Source of the DNA: a virus
Lineage: Duplodnaviria > Caudoviricetes
Direction: 5' to 3' (one strand)
Virus record (IMG/VR): IMGVR_UViG_3300037047_000162
Location: 3,566-67,565 of that record
DNA: 64,000 bases
Positions 17,356-26,015 of this stretch are shown here, piece after piece. Every line of letters starts with the position of its first letter. Position 1 is the first letter of the stretch. The position numbers and the translations under genes are program-made. Below the pieces are notes generated by a model. That model was not told the DNA's origin. It saw nothing but the letters and a program-made list of their open reading frames with translations, and did no database searches.

Positions 17356-18708
17356 TTAATCGCACGGGACGCTGGCGTTGAAGGCGGCGAGGTAGGCGAG
17401 GTGTGCGTCGGGGTGCTGGACGACACAGGCTCGGGTGGCTTGGGCGAGGGTCTTGCCGGTTTGCTGCTCGGCTTCGATCAGCGCGTTCCAGTTGGCGATG
17501 GCGTCGGGGTCGATCGACGGCGAGCTTTTGCCGGTGGCTTTGGTGCCGACGGCCTCGACGCCGGGGCGCTGCTGGGCGGCGACGATCCGCCTGTTCTGCT
17601 CGGTCATCCAGGCGGTCTGCGCCTGGGCGAGGGTCGCGCCGGCGGCGAGCTGCGAACAGAGGAACGCCGGGTCCGCGCCGACACAGCCGGCGACGAGTTC
17701 CTGGTAGGACGCGGGACCGGCGACCGGGGGCTTGGCGAGTTGGGGTTGCGGGGCTGCGGGGGGCACTTCGATGGCCAGGGCGGCATCGACGGCCGTTTCG
17801 ACGAGCGAGGTTTGCATCGGTTCTCTCCTTGGTTTGACTTGGGATTGGAGTTCGGATAACGCCTGGTCGAAGCTGCCGATGGCGTCGATCAGGCCCAGTG
17901 TTTTGGCTTCGGCGGCGAGGTACGCGCGGCCGTCGGCCAGCTCGCGGACCCGCGCGGCGGTGAGCATCGAGCGGCCTGCGGTTACGCCAGCCAGGAAATA
18001 CTCGTTCAGCCCGTCCACCGTTCGTTGCATCTCGGTCAGATGCTCGGCGGTGATCTCGGTACCGGGGGTGCCGGCGCCTTTGAAGGCCCCGGCGCGGATG
18101 ACGTGGACCTTCACACCCTCCATCGCGGCCATGCCGCTGGTGTCCTGGACCACGCCATACGTGCCGATCGAGCCGATCAGGGCCGTTTCGTTGGCGATGA
18201 TCCGCGAGGCTTGCGAGGCCGCCCAGTAGGCGGCGCTGGCGGCCATGTCCTCGACGTAGGCCCAGACGGGTTTCTTGGCCTTGGCGGCGGCGATCTCGTC
18301 GGCCAGCTCTTTCGTGCCGGCAGCCGTGCCGCCGGGTGAGTCGATCCGCAGTAGGATGGCGCCGATGTCGGGGTCACTTGCGGCGGCTCGGATGTCGCGG
18401 CGGGCCTGGACGGTGGATGTGCCGCCGCCCATGCTGGCCTGCTGCTTCATCAGCTTGCCGGTCAAGCTAATCATCGCCACGTCGCCGGTTGTGTCGCTGC
18501 GTGAAAAGGGGACAGGACCCTTTTGCCGGAACGGCCCGGAGGGTGCTTCGCACAAAAGGGTCCTGTCCCCTTTTCGCGCAGCCTGCTGTTGCAGATGGAT
18601 GTGCAAGTCCGTCTTGCGGAACAGCTCGAGCGTTTGCGTGAGCGCGTCGGGCAGGATCGCCCACGGGCCGATCCACTGCTCGTAGTAGGGAACTTGCAGT
18701 TCAGTCAT
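17356..18708 (-). CDS. S49 (SppA / lambda gpC-like) prohead protease with C-terminal scaffold region
   Basis: ILLRIDSPGG, MAASAAYWAAS, IGSIG motifs. Confidence 0.92.
   Translation of the reverse strand: MTELQVPYYEQWIGPWAILPDALTQTLELFRKTDLHIHLQQQAARKGDRTLLCEAPSGPFRQKGPVPFSRSDTTGDVAMISLTGKLMKQQASMGGGTSTVQARRDIRAAASDPDIGAILLRIDSPGGTAAGTKELADEIAAAKAKKPVWAYVEDMAASAAYWAASQASRIIANETALIGSIGTYGVVQDTSGMAAMEGVKVHVIRAGAFKGAGTPGTEITAEHLTEMQRTVDGLNEYFLAGVTAGRSMLTAARVRELADGRAYLAAEAKTLGLIDAIGSFDQALSELQSQVKPRREPMQTSLVETAVDAALAIEVPPAAPQPQLAKPPVAGPASYQELVAGCVGADPAFLCSQLAAGATLAQAQTAWMTEQNRRIVAAQQRPGVEAVGTKATGKSSPSIDPDAIANWNALIEAEQQTGKTLAQATRACVVQHPDAHLAYLAAFNASVPCD
18503..18575. repeat. Perfect 23-bp inverted repeat (MITE/REP-like) inserted in frame in the S49 gene
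   Basis: GAAAAGGGGACAGGACCCTTTTG ... CAAAAGGGTCCTGTCCCCTTTTC with a 27-nt loop; translated KGDRTLLCEAPSGPFRQKGPVPF. Confidence 0.9.
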
Positions 18709-20374
18709 CGTCACCCTCGTTGGCTGGTTTCGGTTCGTTGGCCGGGGCGGGTTTCGAGGCGGGGCGTGACCGGCTCTTGTTGCCGGGCGTCCCGCGCTGC
18801 TGGACGCTGACCTGCACGCCTTCGGGCATCGGCCAGGTCAGGATGTCCCGCCAGGTGAGATCGAGCCCCAGGCGGGCGTTCAGCTCTTCGGCCTTGGCGT
18901 GGGCCAGCTCGATCCGCGCCCCGTGGTCGGCGACGATCTCTTCCGTCAGGTCCCCGAAGTCGATCCCGCGCGAGGCCGCCAGCCGCCGCGGGGAGGACAG
19001 CAATCCCTTGGCCTGCAGGATGTCAGCCGTCGCGTCGTCCACCGGTTGGATGTAGGGCAGCTCCTGAGCGTGCCACACGTGGGCGAACGGGTTGACTTCG
19101 CCGGCCGGGATGTAGCCGAGGGACGCGCGGAGGGAATCGGCACGCTCGACGGCCTTGCGAAGCGCACTGTCGGTCACGGCCCACTGGCGGACTTTCCATT
19201 CGTACACGGGACCGTGGAACGAGGTCATCATCCAGGACTGGATTTCACGCCACCGCTGGCGGGCCTGGTCGATCGCGCCCCGGAAGCCGCTGTAGTTCGT
19301 CTCGCTGGCGTCCAGCAGGAACACGCACAGCGGCAGGTCCAGATTCACGGCGAGGATGCCCAGCAGCATCTGCGAGTGCTCGAAGAATTGCAGCCCCGGC
19401 AGCGTCGGGACGAAGCCCCGCAGCCGCTCGCCCTTGTACCCGTAAATCTCGAACCCGGGCGCGATGTCGGTCAGGGTCCGCGTCTCGCCGTCCGGCCGCG
19501 TTTCGGTGGTTTCGCTGTGGTCCCCACCGCCGGCGAATGGCAGGACCGGGGCTCCGGCGTCCATTTCGCGGAGGATCGTGTAGCAGGATTGGATCTTGGC
19601 GGCCACCAGGTTGGCGAACTGCAGGTCGTCCCAGTGGTCGGCCGTGTCCGCCATCGGGGCGAAGGCCGTCACACCGCGGGTCTGGCTGCGGCGGTCCGGC
19701 AGGTAGTGGTGGAACACCTGGCGGCGTCCTCGCTGGTCGCGAGCGGGGATCTGCGTGATGTCGTTCACGCGGGTGACCGAGCGCCAGGGCTCGATGTCTT
19801 CCTTCGTGAACCAGTAGGCCAGGCGTCGGCGCCGTTCGTCCTGCTGGACCCCATGCACGACGTTCTTGGTCGTGTTGCGAGGCGTCTTGAGCCGATGCCC
19901 TTCCTGCGATTCGATCCCGCCGTCTCGATTCGGCAGCGAGCAGATGTCGCCGTCGATGATGACGTGCTGGAGGGTCAGCTTCTCCATCCCGTGGAAGTCG
20001 AGTTCCTGCTGATCGTCGCAGGCTTCGGGCGAGCGGGACCATTCGGCCCAGCGGTAGCCGTTCACGTCGTCGATGGCCTTGTCGCCGCTGTCGCTGTCCA
20101 GCACGAAGCCGCGGCCCACGACGTTGGCGACCAGGCGGCGGACGCCCTGCATGACCAGCGGGTTGTTGCGGGTCATTTCGCGGGCCATTTCCATCGCGCC
20201 GAAGTAGGCGGACTCGGTGCGGTAGTGGTAGTCGGCGTGGGAGCCCAGCGTCATGATGCCGGTCTTGGTCCGCTTGTACCGCGAGGCTTTCCCGATATCG
20301 TAGTCGGACTTCAGCTCGGCGAACTGCTCCAGGATGCTGCCCGCCATGCTTTGTGGTCGGCGTTTTGCAGTCAT
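18701..20374 (-). CDS. Portal protein (lambda gpB family)
   Basis: AREMTRNNP, IDGDI, QTRGVTAFAP, DASETNYSG.R, PYIQPVDD; ATGA overlap sets the start at 20374. Confidence 0.92.
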   Translation of the reverse strand: MTAKRRPQSMAGSILEQFAELKSDYDIGKASRYKRTKTGIMTLGSHADYHYRTESAYFGAMEMAREMTRNNPLVMQGVRRLVANVVGRGFVLDSDSGDKAIDDVNGYRWAEWSRSPEACDDQQELDFHGMEKLTLQHVIIDGDICSLPNRDGGIESQEGHRLKTPRNTTKNVVHGVQQDERRRRLAYWFTKEDIEPWRSVTRVNDITQIPARDQRGRRQVFHHYLPDRRSQTRGVTAFAPMADTADHWDDLQFANLVAAKIQSCYTILREMDAGAPVLPFAGGGDHSETTETRPDGETRTLTDIAPGFEIYGYKGERLRGFVPTLPGLQFFEHSQMLLGILAVNLDLPLCVFLLDASETNYSGFRGAIDQARQRWREIQSWMMTSFHGPVYEWKVRQWAVTDSALRKAVERADSLRASLGYIPAGEVNPFAHVWHAQELPYIQPVDDATADILQAKGLLSSPRRLAASRGIDFGDLTEEIVADHGARIELAHAKAEELNARLGLDLTWRDILTWPMPEGVQVSVQQRGTPGNKSRSRPASKPAPANEPKPANEGDDD

Positions 20375-20664
20375 CCTCGGAAGTTCTCCATCGACAGGTA
20401 ACGGACCCGCCCGCTGCCAGCGCCCGTGGTTGCGGGGTGGGCATCTTTCCACCGCTGGGCCGCTTCGATTTCGGCTTGCAGGGATTCGCGGGTGAACGTC
20501 TGCGGGCCACGCCCGGCGGACAGGGGCAGCCGATTGCGCAGGATGCGGCAGGCGGTGATGAAGGCGTCGGCCTTCGCGCGGCTGCTGTCCTCTTCATACG
20601 AAGCGTTGTCGTCGTATGCGGCGAGGACTTGGGCGTCGGTCGAATTGCTGCTCAGCGTGGCCAT
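20371..20664 (-). CDS. gpW-like head completion protein
   Basis: Small ORF between terminase and portal positions, translationally coupled to the portal gene. Confidence 0.6.
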   Translation of the reverse strand: MATLSSNSTDAQVLAAYDDNASYEEDSSRAKADAFITACRILRNRLPLSAGRGPQTFTRESLQAEIEAAQRWKDAHPATTGAGSGRVRYLSMENFRG

Positions 20665-21020
20665 GAACTGAGCATGAAGAAATCCGGGCGGGGCGTAAAG
20701 ACAAATGGGGGTTATACCGGAGGTATATCTGGCGGGACCGCAGAATCGACGCTGGCGGACGTGGGGGATCCTGCGAGCGCGTTCTGCCGCCGAGACCAGC
20801 GGCAGAATACTCACACCCGTTCGGATGGGATTGGACGCAAGGCACAGCGATTCCGCCGCTTAGGATGTCCAGCTGTTTACTGGCGATTGCGTATTCTGCC
20901 GCCGGAAAGTCACTCCATAAAACCGATGGCCATTCGAGGGGCCGCTGGAGAGGTATCGCCTGCATGGTATATGGACCACATAAAACGCGTACCCAGTCGA
21001 AGGGAATTCGCCGCAACAGC

Positions 21021-21049
21021 TTGCCAGACAGCCGCTTCTTCGCTAGGCT
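21021..21049 (+). promoter_or_regulatory. Sigma70-like promoter upstream of the cassette array (Pc-like)
   Basis: TTGCCA-N17-TAGGCT. Confidence 0.5.
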
Positions 21050-21232
21050 CATGACTCGGTCGATGAGCGTTCTGTGGCCAAAATCGCCGCAGTAACTAAT
21101 TATTGGTCCCGTAGAATTAGAAGTTCGTCCGCAGAACCCGGGGCCGCTGAAATCTCCGTTGGCCAGACGCCACGGTTCCCGGCATCGCTGGCTTCGGCCG
21201 GATCTGTCCGCTATCGCATCCTCTGTGTCCTA

Positions 21233-21302
21233 TTGAACAGGAGGCAACAAAGACAACAGAGGCATGCCCTGGTCTCCGTTACCTTTGTTTCCTCCTGTTC
21301 AA
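21233..21302. repeat. Long imperfect hairpin (REP-like) inside cassette 1
   Basis: TTGAACAGGAGGCAACAAAG...CTTTGTTTCCTCCTGTTCAA. Confidence 0.8.
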
Positions 21303-21521
21303 AATTTACCTGCCCTTGGCCGCGCCGTTGGCGATTCCAAGAAAAAATCCTGTTGAAAGACCGTCCGGTCGGCTACGCTGCAGGGCTCCGATGTACTCTT
21401 CCCGCTATCGCATTCCCGGAGCCGCAGAAAAACGTGCGGCTCGTCTAGCAAAACCAAGCCATCCCGGCGATGGCCCGGCCTGCCCTGAATGTCCCGCGTC
21501 CACGTCCACGGCAAAAGACGA

Positions 21522-21550
21522 TTGCCGCCGCGCCGGCCGTGCGGTAAGAT
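21522..21550 (+). promoter_or_regulatory. Sigma70-like promoter inside cassette 1, pointing at cassette 2
   Basis: TTGCCG-N17-TAAGAT. Confidence 0.55.
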
Positions 21551-21611
21551 GACGGTCGTTCGACTGGGCGACGGTCGCCCAGTCCCGTGCCGGCCGCGGA
21601 CGAACCGTGCG

Positions 21612-21701
21612 GACGAACCAAACGATGCACGCCAGCGGCGGATGGGATCGGGCGGCATGGAAAGCGTTTTGACCGCCGCGGCGTGATCGCGGTCGTTATG
21701 T
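21612..21701 (+). other. attC site of cassette 1
   Basis: R'' GACGAAC; arm GAT(G)CACGCC(A)GCGGCGG pairs with CCGCCGCGGCGTGATC with two extrahelical bases; R' GTTATGT. Confidence 0.92.
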
Positions 21702-21725
21702 CCCTTAACAGCTTTGAGACCCACC

Positions 21726-22196
21726 ATGTATCGAATTCTTGCATGTCTACTTGCTGCGTCGGCATTGATCGGATGCGGCGAAAGGCCGACGAGTCAGGAC
21801 CCGCTGGCGACGCCATCCCGCACGTCCGCACCACCGCCCACCGTCGTCCTCGAAGAGGCGAACGAACCCGTCGCCACGAACGTCACGGCCGAGCTAACGA
21901 CCGAACAGACTGACTTTGGCAATGAATGGAAAGCGTCATCCACGGAAGAGCGTCGAAGAATGGCGGATTTGGCCAAGGTGTACCCGCTATTTCAAGGCGC
22001 AACGAAGCCTCAGATCAAGGCGGCGCTCGGCGTGCCTTCCGGGGCGGGGATTGACCGATTCGGTGATGACGTGATGCGCTACGAACTTGGGGATGTGCCG
22101 GGCGCCGACGGCGGCGGTAAGTACCATTTGACGTTTGTCTTCAAAGATGACGTGGTTGTTACTGTAATGGGAAACTTTATCTCGATATCGCCTTGA
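21726..22196 (+). CDS. Lipoprotein with BamE/SmpA-like C-terminal domain
   Basis: Signal peptide with lipobox LIGC; TKPQIKAALGVP...MRYELG...LTFVFKDDVVVTV. Confidence 0.7.
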   Translation: MYRILACLLAASALIGCGERPTSQDPLATPSRTSAPPPTVVLEEANEPVATNVTAELTTEQTDFGNEWKASSTEERRRMADLAKVYPLFQGATKPQIKAALGVPSGAGIDRFGDDVMRYELGDVPGADGGGKYHLTFVFKDDVVVTVMGNFISISP

Positions 22197-22224
22197 ATCG
22201 ATTGGACATAACCAGTCGCTGGAC

Positions 22225-23031
22225 GTGCGGACTGGAAATGGTTTGTTGACAAGCGGGTGTGAACCCCGCCGGAGTAGCTCCTAGCCAGAGGCTCCGTATC
22301 GAGTGTTGCAGCGTTGGTATAAGGGCGGCAAAGTGGGTGGTAACCAGACACTCCTCCGAAGTCCAGCGTTGAAGCGTACACAGAAAGGACGCGAGGATGA
22401 ATGGACCGGGCGTAGCCGTCCGGCTGTGAATGGTATTGAGCTCCGAAATCTTGGTATCTATCGGATCCTGCCCAGGGCGTGTCCATACCTGAAGGCCACA
22501 CCGATCACCGCGTCTTGGCAAGCGGTGATCGGAGACCCGGAGTCGAAGGCCCATTCGCGTGTCACATCATGTCAGCAAGGCAACCAGTGAGGCCCTGAAG
22601 TTCTTGGACGCATCATGAAGACCAATCATGCCCGTCCGAGTATGCCCGACAAGCCTCGCAAGCAAGGGAGGCAAATGACAACAGGGAGTCCGAAGGATGC
22701 GAAGTACCGTTGAAGCTCGACAACCGATCGAGTGGATCGAAGCCGGGTAATGCCGGTGCAGGGAAGGCATCCAAGCCAGTGCGCGTGGCGACCGAGACGC
22801 CCTCCGGACACAGTGCCGGACTTTGGGCGATTTTCCGGCGTCCACGCAGCGGGCGTCAAGCCCGCAGGTGCTGGTGGGGAGCCGGGTGCGTTAACGGCGC
22901 ACGCCCGGTTCTGGGAGGGGCCAGGGGTCAATTGGACAGGGATCAAATATTGTGACACCACCAGAGGAAACGGGTGGCAACGGGGAATACAAACTTCGTC
23001 CTAAATCGCAGAGCCGTACACCCTACTCGCC
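22225..23031 (+). ncRNA. Group II intron without an intron-encoded protein (~807 nt)
   Basis: 5' GTGCG; DII/DIII-type GAAGTACCGTTGAAG...CCGGGTAATGCCGG.GCAGGGAAGG; domain V GAGCCGGGTGCGTTAACGGCGCACGCCCGGTTC (22879-22911, AGC triad); DVI ending CCCTACTCGCC. No RT ORF is present. Confidence 0.9.
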
Positions 23032-23111
23032 GGGAGCGGCGGCATCCCGGCTGTTTGAAATGGAAGCGTCATGGGCCGCCGCCCCCGTGATGCCTATTCG
23101 TTCCGCGTCGG

Positions 23112-23552
23112 CTATGGCCTTTCCTGTAGCTGCTCGATCAGCCACACCACGGCGTCGTTGCGATTGAAGACTTTTCGACCGTTGGCGAGCTTCGCCCCGG
23201 TCTCCTTCAGGCCCCACCAGAGGCGATGTAGGAGGTTGCGGCCGGTGTGACTGCGGCTCTTGATGAGCTGCAGGTTGACGTGGGCTTTGCAGAACGAGGG
23301 CGTGCCGTCCAGGCCGGGCGGGTTGTCGCACAACGGGACCTCGATCAGCACGGTTTTGATCTGGCGGATGATTTGCTGGACCGACGGAGCTGGCTGGGCC
23401 GGCTCGACGGGGGGCGGCACGTCGGCTTGCTGGTCGGTCAGCGTGATGTCGGGCAGAGGCTCGGGCTGCGCCAGTTCCGGGGCGGACTCCGGCGTGGGGC
23501 TGGGCAGGGGCGTAACGGCTAACGAGTCTTTGTTTACGGTCACTCGGGGCAT
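23112..23552 (-). CDS. Hypothetical phage protein
   Basis: ORF downstream of the terminase with a Pro-rich N-terminus; function unknown. Confidence 0.55.
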   Translation of the reverse strand: MPRVTVNKDSLAVTPLPSPTPESAPELAQPEPLPDITLTDQQADVPPPVEPAQPAPSVQQIIRQIKTVLIEVPLCDNPPGLDGTPSFCKAHVNLQLIKSRSHTGRNLLHRLWWGLKETGAKLANGRKVFNRNDAVVWLIEQLQERP

Positions 23553-23578
23553 GGGGGATCTCCTTATCGGGGTTGTTG

Positions 23579-23630
23579 AAAAAGGGGGACAGGCACCGAT
23601 CGTCCTGAACGGAGCCAGTCCCCGTTTTTC
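23579..23630. repeat. Imperfect GGGGACAGG...CCAGTCCCC palindrome related to the 18503 element
   Basis: AAAAAGGGGGACAGGCACC ... GGAGCCAGTCCCCGTTTTT, intergenic. Confidence 0.7.
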
Positions 23631-25833
23631 AACGGGGTTGAATCCATGAAGTTCCGGACGGGGTGTCTTGGTCTCGGGGCGGGGGTTTTTTGGCGGGTTT
23701 GGTCGGGGAGTTTTGTTTGGGGCGGATGGTCCACAGGCCCCAGATGGTGCGGGCGGCGATGGCGTAGGCGGTGGCGTCGAGGTAGTGGTTGGCTTTCTGG
23801 CTGCGGAGGTGGCCGGGGCGGGAGCCTTCGGGGACCCAGCGGTACGAGCCGTTGGGTTGCTTCTGCCACTCTTCGCTGAGGATGTGGCCGGCGTAGTTCT
23901 GGTGCCGCTGCCATTTCTCGCGGCCGGCTTCGTCGCGCGGGGGTGTGAACAGGGCGAGGCTGCCGACGGTGCCGAACGGCTGGAGGAAGCCGTGGTGAAC
24001 TTTCAGCTTCCAGGCGTCGGCGTCCAGGTCGGCGAGCCAGATGCCGTTGTTGTAGGACAGGTTGCACTCGGGGAGGGGCACTACGGTCTGGCTGGCGTTC
24101 CGCTGCTGCCACGGCGAGCGGCCTTTGCAGGGGAGGATGCCGCGGAAGCCGGCCTGGGCAGCCAGGATGTAGACGGGCTCGACGCCCCATTGCTTGTCTT
24201 TCCAGCCGCTGTCAATCAGCGTCAGGTCGGGGACCCAGCCGGTGCCTTCGCGGTCGTCGAGCTGGCCCCAGGGATGCGTGCGGATGCCGTCCCACCAGGT
24301 TTGCAGGCCGTCCAAGACGAGCTTTTCGCAGGCGGCGGCCGGGCGGCCCTCGGTGGCGAAGGGGACGAACGAGAAGTCGATGATGCTGCCGGCCGCGGCG
24401 TCGGACCAGGCGATGGTCACCACGTGCAGGCCGTTTAGGTTCACGTCGGCGCCGCAGGTCAGGGCGATCGTGTCGTCGGGGACCACGCCGCGTTCGTGGC
24501 CGGTGCGGCAGTTGGCGCGGATGTGGTACGTCGTCAGATACAGCTGCTGGGCGTCGACTTCGGCGGGCGGATCGTTCTGGTACTCGGTCAGGAAATGCTC
24601 CAGGCCGCGGTCGGCGATGATATTGTAGGCGTGCTGGAGCGACGAGTTTTCCAGGGGCGTGCCGTCGGGGGCCGGGTCGGTGATGTACCGCGACGGGTTG
24701 CCCGTGACGGCGCCGGCGTCCATTTCGGCTCGGTGGTCGAGGTAGAACTGGTTCGCCCCGCGGGCCGTGTCGTCGCCGGTGTTCTGGTTGGTCTGCCGAG
24801 CTTCGATGTAGCGGTCCCAGAGGTCCTTGCGGTCCGGCCAGACGATGATGAACTGCATGCGACGGCCCTTCCAGGACGGTTTGCGGGCGCGGTCGATGTA
24901 GGTGGCCGAGAGGCTGTAGCTGCTCATCGTCGTGGTGAGCATCACGCGGGCCAGCCGCTTGCCGGGGCCGCCCAGTCCGGCCAGGTCTGCTTCGATCGTG
25001 CGGGCGCGGAGGTCCGTCTGGACGCCGCTGCGGGCCGAGTCGCGGGTTTCCGGATCGTCGATGATCACCAGATCGGGGCGTTTGGTGCCGACCAGCACGC
25101 CGCGGATCGCGGAGTCGAGCCCGCGGGTGGTGATGACGGCCCCGCTGCCCAGGGACTGTTGGCCGGGGCGCAGACGCGGATCCCAATGGTCCGGCACGCG
25201 GACGGTGGGCAGGACGATGTAATCCTGCGCCCACTTCAGAAACGTCCGCTTGCCGTTGGCCGTCTGCGTGGCTCCCCGCTGGGCGGTTCCGTCCAGGGCC
25301 AGGATCGGATCGCAGATTTCGGGGTAGTCGTCGGCCAGGGCCTGGTTGCGCTCGAGCTGGTACTTGATGTTGGCCAGGATCTGCTCGGCGTTGGGGCCGG
25401 TGGCGGCGGCGATCAGCGGGAACGAGAGAATCCCGTGCATCACGCAGTAGATCGTCACGCACTGGACGATCGAGGTCTTGCCCTCGCCGCGCGGGGCGGC
25501 AATCGCCTGGTCGCCGCCGTAGCGGGCCGCGTTCAGGATGGCGGCGACCATTTCCCGGCGTTGGTCGGTCCAGTCGCCCCAGAACACGTCGGGGAAGTAG
25601 CAGGTCAGGAACGCGTAGATGTCTGCCGAGTTGGCCAGGCGGCGCTGGACGTCGGCCGGATCGCGGATCTTGACGTCCTTCAGCGATGCCCGGATCTTGC
25701 GTTTGCGCAGGGCGTCGGCCACGCGGATGCCGGCCTTCTTGTCGTCGCCGGCCAGGCCGGTGATTTGCTCGACCTGCCGCTTCAAGTCGGAAACCGACTG
25801 CTGGCGTTTCTGGATTTCGGCTTTGAGCGTCAT
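23629..25833 (-). CDS. Large terminase subunit (lambda GpA-like)
   Basis: Walker A APRGEGKTS, VIIDDPET, GADVN nuclease motif, ANHYLDATAYA. Confidence 0.9.
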   Translation of the reverse strand: MTLKAEIQKRQQSVSDLKRQVEQITGLAGDDKKAGIRVADALRKRKIRASLKDVKIRDPADVQRRLANSADIYAFLTCYFPDVFWGDWTDQRREMVAAILNAARYGGDQAIAAPRGEGKTSIVQCVTIYCVMHGILSFPLIAAATGPNAEQILANIKYQLERNQALADDYPEICDPILALDGTAQRGATQTANGKRTFLKWAQDYIVLPTVRVPDHWDPRLRPGQQSLGSGAVITTRGLDSAIRGVLVGTKRPDLVIIDDPETRDSARSGVQTDLRARTIEADLAGLGGPGKRLARVMLTTTMSSYSLSATYIDRARKPSWKGRRMQFIIVWPDRKDLWDRYIEARQTNQNTGDDTARGANQFYLDHRAEMDAGAVTGNPSRYITDPAPDGTPLENSSLQHAYNIIADRGLEHFLTEYQNDPPAEVDAQQLYLTTYHIRANCRTGHERGVVPDDTIALTCGADVNLNGLHVVTIAWSDAAAGSIIDFSFVPFATEGRPAAACEKLVLDGLQTWWDGIRTHPWGQLDDREGTGWVPDLTLIDSGWKDKQWGVEPVYILAAQAGFRGILPCKGRSPWQQRNASQTVVPLPECNLSYNNGIWLADLDADAWKLKVHHGFLQPFGTVGSLALFTPPRDEAGREKWQRHQNYAGHILSEEWQKQPNGSYRWVPEGSRPGHLRSQKANHYLDATAYAIAARTIWGLWTIRPKQNSPTKPAKKPPPRDQDTPSGTSWIQPR

Positions 25834-25840
25834 GGTCGTA

Positions 25841-25914
25841 GGTCGGAAGTCGGAAGTCGGAGGGCAGAGGGCAGGGCGAGTGGTGCTTGGTGCTTGGTGC
25901 TTGGTGCTTGGTTT
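25841..25914. repeat. Heptameric tandem repeats (GTCGGAA, GGTGCTT x4)
   Basis: Read directly; similar heptamer tracts at 8161-8192, 33677-33711 and 34269-34300. Confidence 0.75.
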
Positions 25915-25919
25915 GGGCG

Positions 25920-26015
25920 GCTGGGATTCGTTTTGGCTGCGTTGGGGGTGGTTTGGGGGTTCTGACTGCTGGTTTTCGTTTGGTTGCGTGGGAAGCGACG
26001 TTTTGCTCGTGGAAA
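25920..26015. repeat. ~95-bp dispersed element, second copy at 32309-32404
   Basis: Shared GCTGGGATTCGTTyTGGCTGCGTTGG...GGGGGTTCTGA...GCGTGGG...CGACGTTTTGCTCGTGGAAA. Confidence 0.8.

Larger units (their letters stand above)
21124..21695 (+). mobile_element. Integron cassette 1, apparently ORF-less
   Basis: It opens at G|TTCGTCCGC (21123-21132), with the exact 10-bp complement GCGGACGAAC at 21609-21618 as R''. Confidence 0.85.
21696..23100 (+). mobile_element. Integron cassette 2 (lipoprotein gene; attC interrupted by an intron)
   Basis: It opens at G|TTATGTCC (21695-21703) with the exact complement GGACATAAC at 22204-22212. The attC right arm GCCGCCGCCCCCGTGA...G|TT lies at 23075-23102. Confidence 0.85.

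Noticed and set aside
22567-22961. Short minus-strand ORFs within 22.2-23.0 kb
   Set aside because: They are antisense readings of group II intron RNA; no RT (YADD) motif is present.
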